A DNA stretch of 61,767 nucleotides from a virus. Its lineage: Duplodnaviria > Caudoviricetes. Of this stretch, positions 50,654-58,803 are shown one piece after another. The notes under the pieces were generated by a model. It was not told the origin of the DNA, ran no database searches, and saw only the letters and a list, made by a program, of their open reading frames with translations. The stretch lies in IMG/VR virus record IMGVR_UViG_3300046532_001253, positions 1 to 61,767 of that record. One strand, written 5' to 3'. The position numbers were made by a program, and so were the translations under genes. Positions within the stretch are counted from its first letter, which is position 1, and each line of letters starts with the position of its first letter.

Positions 50654-52158
50654 AATATAATGTTGAAGATATGCTTGATATGCCGTGGGGTGAGTTTTTT
50701 ACCACTTTGGCTGGTATGGCTAAAGAAGTATACGAACCCAACGAAAAGCTAGTGTTTGAACTAAGCAGTGATGTTAATTATAGTTTACTAACGAAATTTT
50801 TCAAAGATTTTTATAAAAATATTCGTACACTAGATATTCCAAATTTTTTTATACACATTTATGTACCAAATGAAGAAACAAAAAACGCTATTTTAGAAGC
50901 ATATAACATTGTTGGAGCAGATTCTGAACCTAACATACACGTTAATACTCTATTAAGTAACGGACTAAAAATAGAAAATAGCAATACAACATTTGACTTA
51001 CCAGAAACGGTATGCCCAATGCCATGGAACTCCTTAGACGTTGATCCATTGGGCACTATTAGTCCGTGCTGTTTTTACCAAGGACATATAGTAGATGAAA
51101 CCGGTAAAGCGTACCACCCAAATACATCAACACTCAAAGAAGTATATGATAGCAAACATATGAAAACACTTCGGAGCCAGTTTAGAAGAGGTGTTAAACC
51201 TACAGGATGTTTTCGCTGTTGGAAAGAAGAAGAAAGTGGTACTGTTAGCAAACGTCAAATGTATGCTGGCCGATTTGGCAACGACAGTAAAGCAATTAAC
51301 TGGGACGAAGACAATATACGCAACTTAAAAATGTTATCTGTTTCGTTTGGTAATGTATGTAACTTTAAGTGTCGTATTTGCTCAAGCAAAAGTTCATCAA
51401 AAATTGCAGTAGAAACACAAGATAACATTGCGTTAGAAAAAGGTAAATGGATTCGCAGTTCTAAGCATCTTTGGGATCAAGTCATTGCTAATCCTCAGTT
51501 GCGTTACTTTGACTTTGCAGGCGGTGAACCGTTGCTTGATAAGGATCACTTAAAAGCATTACGTTATATGATGGATGCCAATATTGCACACACCATTACA
51601 CTACATTATAATACAAACGGTAGTATTATTACAGACGAATTACTTGAAATTTGGACTCACTTTAAAACTGTAGACTTAGCTGTTTCAATTGACGACCTTG
51701 GCGAACGTTTTAACTATCAACGTCCAGGTCTAGGACAAAAATGGAACTGGGACTTAGTTGAGCAAAATGTAAAATACATTAAACAAAACAAAAGTTCAAA
51801 TGTACAACTTAGTTTGCATGGTGCAGTTAGTATATTAAACGTTTACTACTTGCCGGAACTATTTGAATGGATAGATTCAATTGGGTTTGATGATGTGCAT
51901 TTTTCTATTGTATATAACCCAAAGCATTTAAGTTTAACAAATATACCTAAAAATGTTGCCAAGATAGTGTTAAAGAAATTAACTACGTCTAGTTTTAATA
52001 CAAAATATCAACGTTATATAGAACCTGTTATACAAGAATTAAACAATGCAAAACTTGTAACTAACCAACCATTTATTAACTATATTAAAAATTTAGATAA
52101 GATTCGCAATGAATCGTTTGAGCAAGTACTACCCGAAATATCGGTTGCTTTTTACTAA
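50650..52158 (+). CDS. Radical SAM protein with twitch domain and N-terminal extension
   Basis: CPMPW...SPCC...CFRCW; CNFKCRIC; AGGEP; YNTNG. Confidence 0.9.
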   Translation: MKYNVEDMLDMPWGEFFTTLAGMAKEVYEPNEKLVFELSSDVNYSLLTKFFKDFYKNIRTLDIPNFFIHIYVPNEETKNAILEAYNIVGADSEPNIHVNTLLSNGLKIENSNTTFDLPETVCPMPWNSLDVDPLGTISPCCFYQGHIVDETGKAYHPNTSTLKEVYDSKHMKTLRSQFRRGVKPTGCFRCWKEEESGTVSKRQMYAGRFGNDSKAINWDEDNIRNLKMLSVSFGNVCNFKCRICSSKSSSKIAVETQDNIALEKGKWIRSSKHLWDQVIANPQLRYFDFAGGEPLLDKDHLKALRYMMDANIAHTITLHYNTNGSIITDELLEIWTHFKTVDLAVSIDDLGERFNYQRPGLGQKWNWDLVEQNVKYIKQNKSSNVQLSLHGAVSILNVYYLPELFEWIDSIGFDDVHFSIVYNPKHLSLTNIPKNVAKIVLKKLTTSSFNTKYQRYIEPVIQELNNAKLVTNQPFINYIKNLDKIRNESFEQVLPEISVAFY

Positions 52159-52173
52159 GAAGGATGCTATAAT
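52145..52173 (+). promoter_or_regulatory. Sigma70-type extended -10 promoter for gp46
   Basis: TTGCTT-17 nt-TATAAT with TG at the extended position; ATG follows 6 nt after the -10 box. Confidence 0.7.
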
Positions 52174-52179
52174 TATACA

Positions 52180-53949
52180 ATGTTTAAAATAAAAGACTTG
52201 ACAGTTAAGAACTTTATGAGTGTGGGTAATGCTACCCAAGCGGTAAACTTTAATCGCCAAGATCTCACGTTGGTATTAGGTGAAAACTTAGACTTAGGTG
52301 GTGACGATAGCGGAGCAAGGAACGGTACAGGCAAGACAACTATTCTTAATGCACTAAGTTATGCATTATACGGCGAAGCGTTAACTAAGATTCGAAAAGA
52401 TAATCTAATTAATAAAACCAACAGCAAAGGTATGATGGTTACCCTTGACTTTGCCATTGGTGGTAATGATTATCGAGTTGAACGTGGTCGTAAGCCAAAC
52501 ACATTTAAGTTCTATGTAAATGCACAAGAACAAGAAATGACCGACGAGAGTCAAGGCGACAGCCGAGAAACCCAAGCCGAAGTTGAACGTTTGTTGCGTA
52601 TGAGTCACGAGATGTTTAAGCATGTTGTAGCACTAAACACGTACACGGAACCTTTTTTAAGTTTACGAGCTAACGATCAACGAGCACTAATTGAGCAGTT
52701 GCTAGGTATTACTATACTAAGTGATAAAGCTGAAAAACTTAAAGATCTGCAACGGGCCACTAAAGAAGCAATCACCGAAGAAGAATATCGTATTAAAGCA
52801 GTTACTGACGCAAATGTTAGAATTGAACAACAAATTGACAGTTTGCGTAAACGTCAACGACTTTGGTATGCACAACACGACGAAACAGTAACAAAACTAA
52901 CTACAGGAATAGCAGATCTATCTAAAATTGACATTGATAACGAACTAGTAATGCATAACGAGTTAGACAAATGGAATGAAAAAGAAAAAACATATAACGA
53001 AGCTGAACGTTGGTTAGCAAGTGCATGGAATGATACGCAAAAACAACAAAACTTAATAGATAGAATTGATAAAGAAATTGCATTACTTGAAGAACATAAA
53101 TGTCACTCCTGCGGGCAAGACATTCATGATGAAAAGCAAGACGCACTTTTAAAAAGCAAAGAAAAAAGTAAGAAAACAGCAAACGATGCGGTTATTGCTA
53201 ACAGTCGAACAGAAGAAGAACATGCTGAAGTAATGTCTAAACATAAAAATGTAGGAGACAAACCAAGTACATTCTACCCTGCTCGCGACGGTGCAATTGA
53301 ACACAAGAACAATTTAGCAAATTTAGAAACACAACTAGAAAACAAAGCAAAAGAGCAAGATCCATACGGCGAACAAGTTGATGAAATGGAAACTGCTGGT
53401 ATTGAACAAATTAGTTACGATACACTCAATGAACTAGTGAATATTAAAGAACACCAAGAGTTCTTAATGAAATTGCTAACAAACAAAGACAGTTTTATTA
53501 GAAAACGAATTATTGATCAGAATTTAAGTTTCTTAAATGCCAGACTGCATGTGTACTTAGACAAAATTGGACTTCCGCATCAAGTAAAATTCTTAAATGA
53601 CTTAAATGTAGAGATTACTGAATTAGGTCGTGATCTAGATTTTGATAACCTAAGTCGTGGTGAACGCAATCGTTTAATTTTAAGTTTAAGTTGGGCATTC
53701 AGAGACGTATGGGAAAGTTTATATCATCCAATTAACTTATTGTTCATTGACGAACTTGTTGATAGCGGCATGGATAGCTCGGGTGTTGAAAACGCACTTA
53801 GTATACTTAAAAAAATGAGTCGTGAAAGTAACAGAAGTGTGTGGTTAGTATCACATAAAGATGAACTAGCTGGTCGTGTTAATAATACACTGCATGTTGT
53901 AAAAGAAAACGGATTCACTAGTTATAACACGGACGTTGATATTGTTTAG
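52180..53949 (+). CDS. Recombination ATPase (gp46; SbcC/Rad50-like)
   Basis: Walker A GTGKTT, zinc hook CHSCG, signature LSRGE, Walker B LLFIDE and H-loop VSH. Confidence 0.95.
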   Translation: MFKIKDLTVKNFMSVGNATQAVNFNRQDLTLVLGENLDLGGDDSGARNGTGKTTILNALSYALYGEALTKIRKDNLINKTNSKGMMVTLDFAIGGNDYRVERGRKPNTFKFYVNAQEQEMTDESQGDSRETQAEVERLLRMSHEMFKHVVALNTYTEPFLSLRANDQRALIEQLLGITILSDKAEKLKDLQRATKEAITEEEYRIKAVTDANVRIEQQIDSLRKRQRLWYAQHDETVTKLTTGIADLSKIDIDNELVMHNELDKWNEKEKTYNEAERWLASAWNDTQKQQNLIDRIDKEIALLEEHKCHSCGQDIHDEKQDALLKSKEKSKKTANDAVIANSRTEEEHAEVMSKHKNVGDKPSTFYPARDGAIEHKNNLANLETQLENKAKEQDPYGEQVDEMETAGIEQISYDTLNELVNIKEHQEFLMKLLTNKDSFIRKRIIDQNLSFLNARLHVYLDKIGLPHQVKFLNDLNVEITELGRDLDFDNLSRGERNRLILSLSWAFRDVWESLYHPINLLFIDELVDSGMDSSGVENALSILKKMSRESNRSVWLVSHKDELAGRVNNTLHVVKENGFTSYNTDVDIV

Positions 53950-54952
53950 TTATTCTGAATTGCATATTGAGATCAGTAGTAGATGTGTACTTAAATGTCC
54001 TCGGTGTCCTCGAACTGAACTTTCTGAAAAATTACGAGACGTATTAAACACTGACTACAGTCTTAGCGAGTTTAGTGCTATCTTTACTCCTGAGATCCTA
54101 ATAGACGTCAAACGTATACTATTTTGCGGGGATAAAGGGGATCCTATATACACTCGTGAATTTTTAGAAATAATAAAATACATTAAGCAAACTAAGCAGT
54201 CCATCCGCATTAGTATTACTACTAACGGAAGCTATAAATCAGAAGTTTGGTGGACTGAGCTTGGCGAGTTACTAGAACCACATGATACCATTACGTTTAG
54301 CGTTGATGGGTGGGATCAGAAAAGCAACAACCTATATCGTATCAATAATAATTTTGAAAGTATTCTTCTTGGCATAGCTACACTAAGCAAACTGCCGGAC
54401 ACCCAAAGACCATTTATTAAATGGAGTACAGTATCGTTTAGGTTTAATCAAAACAACGAACAACGTATTTTAGATTTAATTAAGGTCCAAGGTTTAAAGG
54501 TTGATATATTCCAATTAGTAAAAAGTACTAAGATTGGAAGCATTGATCAAAACTATCTGGACAAAAATGGTATGGACGAACTAGAGCCTATAAGTATTAA
54601 TAACGCACAACCATTAAAAGTATACGATAAAAGTGAGAGTACTCGGCTCTCAAAGAGGCGCGAAGACATTCCGTGGGAACGAGTTATTCCAGTTGGAAAC
54701 CCATGGCAGGGTTGCTTACGTGGAGAACAGATACCTTTTATTGATGTTGACGGGAAATTTTATCCGTGTGCTTGGTTTAATAGTGGTTACATGCCAAATG
54801 ATTTTGTAGAAAAGTATGCAGACGAAATTAATATTCGAAAGAACGGACTACTTGCAGTGATTAACCACCCGTGTTGGGGAGAACTTGAATCTCGTTGGTT
54901 ACTAGCGCCGTTAGAAATATGTAAATTAAAGTGTTATAAACATGCCCAATAA
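53936..54952 (+). CDS. Radical SAM protein with C-terminal SPASM-like domain
   Basis: CVLKCPRC near the N-terminus; CGDKGDP; TTNGS; C-terminal DGKFYPC...ICKLKC. Confidence 0.88.
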   Translation: MILFSYSELHIEISSRCVLKCPRCPRTELSEKLRDVLNTDYSLSEFSAIFTPEILIDVKRILFCGDKGDPIYTREFLEIIKYIKQTKQSIRISITTNGSYKSEVWWTELGELLEPHDTITFSVDGWDQKSNNLYRINNNFESILLGIATLSKLPDTQRPFIKWSTVSFRFNQNNEQRILDLIKVQGLKVDIFQLVKSTKIGSIDQNYLDKNGMDELEPISINNAQPLKVYDKSESTRLSKRREDIPWERVIPVGNPWQGCLRGEQIPFIDVDGKFYPCAWFNSGYMPNDFVEKYADEINIRKNGLLAVINHPCWGELESRWLLAPLEICKLKCYKHAQ

Positions 54953-56237
54953 AGATATATTTTGTAATATTCCATGGTTCGAATTGAACATTAATAATGA
55001 TGGCAGTTTTGATCTATGCGGGTGTCAGAATGATAAAATCATTAACACCGAGCTTGGTGAAGAATGGAATATTAAGAAAATGACCATCGACGAGTATTGG
55101 AATAGCTCACGCATGCAAGAGAAACGTGCTATTAAGTTAGGCGATACAGTTGACCCAATGTGTAAAATGTGTCAAATGAAAGATGCGGCTGGGTATACTA
55201 GTGCTAGACAAAAAGAAAATTTAAAAAGTGTTATCTTTCAAGATGCATTTGATCGTAGCTTCAAACAAAGCCCACATTTAGCTCAGTTTACAGAAGTAAC
55301 ACAAACTAAAATACACAGTTTGCATTTAAATATTGGTAATACGTGCAACTTAGCTTGTAAATTCTGTGCTCCTGAATCTAGCTCACGTATTGCTAGTTTT
55401 CAGAAGAGTGTTAATTGGATTCCGCAGACATGGAAAATGCAATCGTGGCTTAAAGACCCAATTGCATATCAAAATTTCCGTGATTGGTTTGACGAAAATT
55501 ACAAACATATTCATGTAATACACTTAATTGGCGGAGAGCCAGCGTTAATTGACGAGTTTGCAGATCTAATTGATTTGTTCACAGAGCATAAAATGTCATG
55601 GCTTAACCTAAGTTTTACTACTAACGCAACATACCCATACACTGAGTATGCTAAACAATTTAAGAAGTTTAAACGTGTAGAGATAGGTATTTCAATTGAA
55701 ACAGCCGACGAAAGTAATAATTATATTCGCTCAGGCAGTGTAATTGGAGAGATTTTATCTAATGTAGATACTATGCAAAAGAAAATGCCTTTTGTTGATT
55801 TTGCATTCAGAACAGTACCAAACTTGCTTAGTGTTGGGCGTTACGACACCCTATTAAAAGAAGGGTTAAAACGACGTATTCCAATTGATGCAAGTTACCC
55901 ACACAGACCGAGTTGGATGCTCTCAGAACTATTACCCGACGGACATAAAGGTCTTGCTATTAAAAAGTTACAAACATTTGCTGACAGCATCAACTTAACT
56001 GATAAGAAATTTAATAACACTAAGAACGCAAACAACGTTGAATTGTCACTCAAACGGGAAGCAGAAGCGTTAATACGACACCTGCAGAAGCCAGTATTAG
56101 ACGAAGACGAAGCATTTAGGGGCCGTGCAGAAGCCGCTAGTCGTATTGCTACACAAGATAGATATCATGGTATTAGTATTTTTGATGCTATTCCAGAGTA
56201 CAACGGATGGTTAAAAGAGCATGGATACAGTAATTAA
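54942..56237 (+). CDS. Radical SAM protein with N-terminal SPASM/twitch domain
   Basis: CNIPW...LCGC...CKMC; CNLACKFC; IGGEP. Confidence 0.9.
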   Translation: MPNKDIFCNIPWFELNINNDGSFDLCGCQNDKIINTELGEEWNIKKMTIDEYWNSSRMQEKRAIKLGDTVDPMCKMCQMKDAAGYTSARQKENLKSVIFQDAFDRSFKQSPHLAQFTEVTQTKIHSLHLNIGNTCNLACKFCAPESSSRIASFQKSVNWIPQTWKMQSWLKDPIAYQNFRDWFDENYKHIHVIHLIGGEPALIDEFADLIDLFTEHKMSWLNLSFTTNATYPYTEYAKQFKKFKRVEIGISIETADESNNYIRSGSVIGEILSNVDTMQKKMPFVDFAFRTVPNLLSVGRYDTLLKEGLKRRIPIDASYPHRPSWMLSELLPDGHKGLAIKKLQTFADSINLTDKKFNNTKNANNVELSLKREAEALIRHLQKPVLDEDEAFRGRAEAASRIATQDRYHGISIFDAIPEYNGWLKEHGYSN

Positions 56238-56661
56238 ATTTACCCTTAATCCAGTATGGCATAACGATCCTCCGGAGTTTCGTGTTGACTGGAATGACGA
56301 TTGGTTATTCAATGGGGTGTTAAAAGAAAAACAAGAGTTTACATATCGTGTCGAAGGAAACGCCGGCAAACACGAATTAGGATTTAGTCTGCTTAATAAA
56401 ACAGACGAAGATACTGTTATGGAAGGCAAAGAAATTGTTAAGGATAAAGCAGTAAAGATTGAAAATATAACCATTGAAGGTTTTGAATTTGATAGCTTTA
56501 TGCATATTATTCAATATCAAGACCGTTACAAGCGAAAAAAGAAAAATTACGGTAACTACGTATGTTGGAATCAACGTTGGGTTTTACCAATGGAGTTTCC
56601 AGTGTTTACCTGGGTTCATAAATTAGAAAATTTAGGTTGGATCTACGGAGACACTATATAA
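56221..56661 (+). CDS. Hypothetical protein
   Basis: 146-aa beta-rich ORF overlapping the upstream radical SAM gene. Confidence 0.7.
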   Translation: MDTVIKFTLNPVWHNDPPEFRVDWNDDWLFNGVLKEKQEFTYRVEGNAGKHELGFSLLNKTDEDTVMEGKEIVKDKAVKIENITIEGFEFDSFMHIIQYQDRYKRKKKNYGNYVCWNQRWVLPMEFPVFTWVHKLENLGWIYGDTI

Positions 56662-56665
56662 TAGT

Positions 56666-57106
56666 ATGTCGTGGACCTACAAAGATCAACTAGTAACAGA
56701 TTTACCAGAAGATTGCGTAGGTTTTGTTTACTTAATTACTAATACCAACAGCGACCGCAAATACATTGGTAAAAAACTAGCTAAGTTTGCTAGGACAAGG
56801 TATCGGGTAGTAAAACTAAAAAACGGTACTAAGAAGCGTAAGAAGATAAAAGACAAAGTGGACAGCGACTGGCAAGAATATTATGGCTCATCAAACGAAT
56901 TAAACAAAGACATCGAAGCACTCGGCAAAGACTGCTTCACACGTGAAATACTTTACTATTGTTACAGCAAGGCAGAGTGTAGTTACGTTGAAGCAAGAGA
57001 ACAATTTAGGCACAAAGTATTAGAATCTGATAACTGGTATAACGGACTTATCCGTGTAAGAGTTAACAGAAGCCAATACATTTTAAACGAAAACAATCAA
57101 GATTAA
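56666..57106 (+). CDS. GIY-YIG family endonuclease (stand-alone)
   Basis: GFVYLITN...KYIGKK...YYGSS...REIL...E...N. Confidence 0.85.
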   Translation: MSWTYKDQLVTDLPEDCVGFVYLITNTNSDRKYIGKKLAKFARTRYRVVKLKNGTKKRKKIKDKVDSDWQEYYGSSNELNKDIEALGKDCFTREILYYCYSKAECSYVEAREQFRHKVLESDNWYNGLIRVRVNRSQYILNENNQD

Positions 57107-57583
57107 GAGCTCTGTTTGGTCGAGGTAGCTCGACCCGTCAAGATACTGCAAGCGAAGGTTTGCCGTTGGGTGTGATGTGCTCAAGGAAAATGCTAACTTA
57201 AGGCTCAAATGGTCGTGGCTCTGTGAAAAAGATACAACCACAATTGAATACATGCTGATTGGATGTGTGTAGGAGATTCCGTTGACACGTGAATGCTATA
57301 GTAAGGGGTACAGATCAACCGCCTCTGCTGTACTATATACAATACATTAACGCATTTAATGTACTGTATAAAGTACAAATCTATTCAAACCAATTGGCTG
57401 ATGATACTCGGATGATGCTATCTCAGACACTGTTCACCCGGCAACGGGTGAATTGTGGCTAATTCATCTGGATGATACTAGAGTATATTAATATATACTA
57501 TATTCATATTAGAAGTAAAAATTAAAGAAGTAAAAAAAATATTTACGAACGACAGTGAAGTAAATAGATCACGTAAGTGATCT
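57107..57583 (+). ncRNA. Candidate large structured ncRNA or structured origin region
   Basis: No ORF of note; at least 8 hairpins, including GNRA tetraloops (GCAA at 57441, GTAA near 57573), G-U pairs on the + strand and a long-range TTGAATA/TATTCAA helix. Confidence 0.5.
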
Positions 57584-57822
57584 TAAAAGAATGGCATCTT
57601 AGTAGTTTTAGTTGTTTCTAAATTACCATCTATGATTTTACCAATTAGTTTACGTTCTGATTGATCAAGATTAAATGCTTCGATGTAGGAAAGACCTCCA
57701 CGCATATACCAACACATTCGTAACAGTTCTTCTTTTATTGCCTCCACCTCTCTATCAAACTTCTTTAAGAAGTCAATGATATCCTGTTCTGAGCTTAACT
57801 GGAGGAGGCTTCTGCGAAAAAA
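57583..57822 (-). CDS. -1 frame extension of the gp26-like gene (tail chaperone GT-like); not in ORF track
   Basis: Open frame from slippery T TTT TTC: FFRRSLLQLSSEQDIIDFLKKFDREVEAIKEELLRMCWYMRGGLSYIEAFNLDQSERKLIGKIIDGNLETTKTTKMPFF*. Confidence 0.7.
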   Translation of the reverse strand, partial: FFRRSLLQLSSEQDIIDFLKKFDREVEAIKEELLRMCWYMRGGLSYIEAFNLDQSERKLIGKIIDGNLETTKTTKMPFF

Positions 57823-58706
57823 CTTGTATAATCAAACTCTAATGGAGTTTCCCATGCATGTTCGCAACTGTTACATTTAAGTTTTAAATCTGTAGGAGAT
57901 GCTTCTTTTGCTATTGCAACGATCTTATCTTGTACTGAACGTAATGCACCTGCGTCTGCTTGCTGGTAGAAATCTCTAATATGCGTTTTCTCATTGACTA
58001 GTGTGCCGTCTGGCATTTCAATATGTGAAGTGCTTTCAGTTACGTTGTCAAACCCAAGGTTCATAATACGAGTAAAACTTTCATTTACTTGTTTTAATTT
58101 GTCTTCTTCAGGCATTGTTAAATCAGCAACAACAGAACTAATACGCTCTTCTTGGAATCTTAGTTGATTAAGCCTTGAGATAGCATCATAATACTGAGGC
58201 TGGATATATATTTTTAATCCTAGGACTTCAACCGGTGAGGCATAATCAGGTAAACGTAGCAATCCAAGTTTTTCTGGTAACGGTACAGCATACGTATTTT
58301 CTTCATTGCATTCCGGACAATCAACTTTGACATCCATGCCTTCGCCAAAACTTGCAATACGAATTGCAATTAATAACGCATCTGTGTCAATACTTGGCAT
58401 TCCCCACGCATCTCGTACTGCTGGACAGCAACTTTCAATTACAGAAACTACTGATTGTCCGTTCATTAATCCGTCTGGTGTGCGTAGTGCAATTTCATCT
58501 TTAGCTGTCATTGCATAAACTGGAACTTCTCCAGTGGCTGGGAGTTCTAGTGCGCCTTGTTTCCAGTATTTGCCTCCGCTTGGCAAAGATAAATGAATCT
58601 TTGGTTGCCTAAAGTGGGCAGTTAGCGGATTAAATGCTGGCTCAGGCCCAGGATTTGCTTGTGTAACGCCTGGCATAGGAACACTCTGCATATTTTGATT
58701 TTCCAT
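57795..58706 (-). CDS. Baseplate hub / tail assembly chaperone (gp26-like)
   Basis: LSLPSGG...VYAMTAKDE...DALLIAIRIASFGE...CPEC...CNSC...FDYTSFF. Confidence 0.8.
   Translation of the reverse strand: MENQNMQSVPMPGVTQANPGPEPAFNPLTAHFRQPKIHLSLPSGGKYWKQGALELPATGEVPVYAMTAKDEIALRTPDGLMNGQSVVSVIESCCPAVRDAWGMPSIDTDALLIAIRIASFGEGMDVKVDCPECNEENTYAVPLPEKLGLLRLPDYASPVEVLGLKIYIQPQYYDAISRLNQLRFQEERISSVVADLTMPEEDKLKQVNESFTRIMNLGFDNVTESTSHIEMPDGTLVNEKTHIRDFYQQADAGALRSVQDKIVAIAKEASPTDLKLKCNSCEHAWETPLEFDYTSFFAEASSS
57816..57822 (-). other. -1 ribosomal frameshift slippery heptamer U UUU UUC
   Basis: In-frame AGT TTT TTC a few codons before the stop; the -1 frame stays open to 57583. Confidence 0.65.
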
Positions 58707-58719
58707 AGTTTTTAGATCC

Positions 58720-58727
58720 TATAAATA
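58720..58727 (+). promoter_or_regulatory. T4 late promoter TATAAATA for the tape-measure gene
   Basis: Exact T4 late consensus, ~75 nt upstream of ATG 58804. Confidence 0.65.
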
Positions 58728-58761
58728 CATTATATAAATGTGATGATTAGTTAACTTACTG

Positions 58762-58768
58762 TATTTAT
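58762..58768 (-). promoter_or_regulatory. Late promoter box (ATAAATA) for the gp26-like gene
   Basis: ~55 nt upstream of ATG 58706 on the minus strand. Confidence 0.55.
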
Positions 58769-58803
58769 GGTAAAAAACACCCACATTAAGGAAAAAGTAT
58801 TTT

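Noticed and set aside
57396-57430. CTGATGA as a hammerhead ribozyme core
   Set aside because: No GAAA follows a stem II, so the core cannot be completed.
56666-57583. GIY-YIG plus structured region as a group I intron
   Set aside because: No interrupted host gene is evident and I could not find P7 or other core elements; an Infernal search would be needed to exclude it fully.
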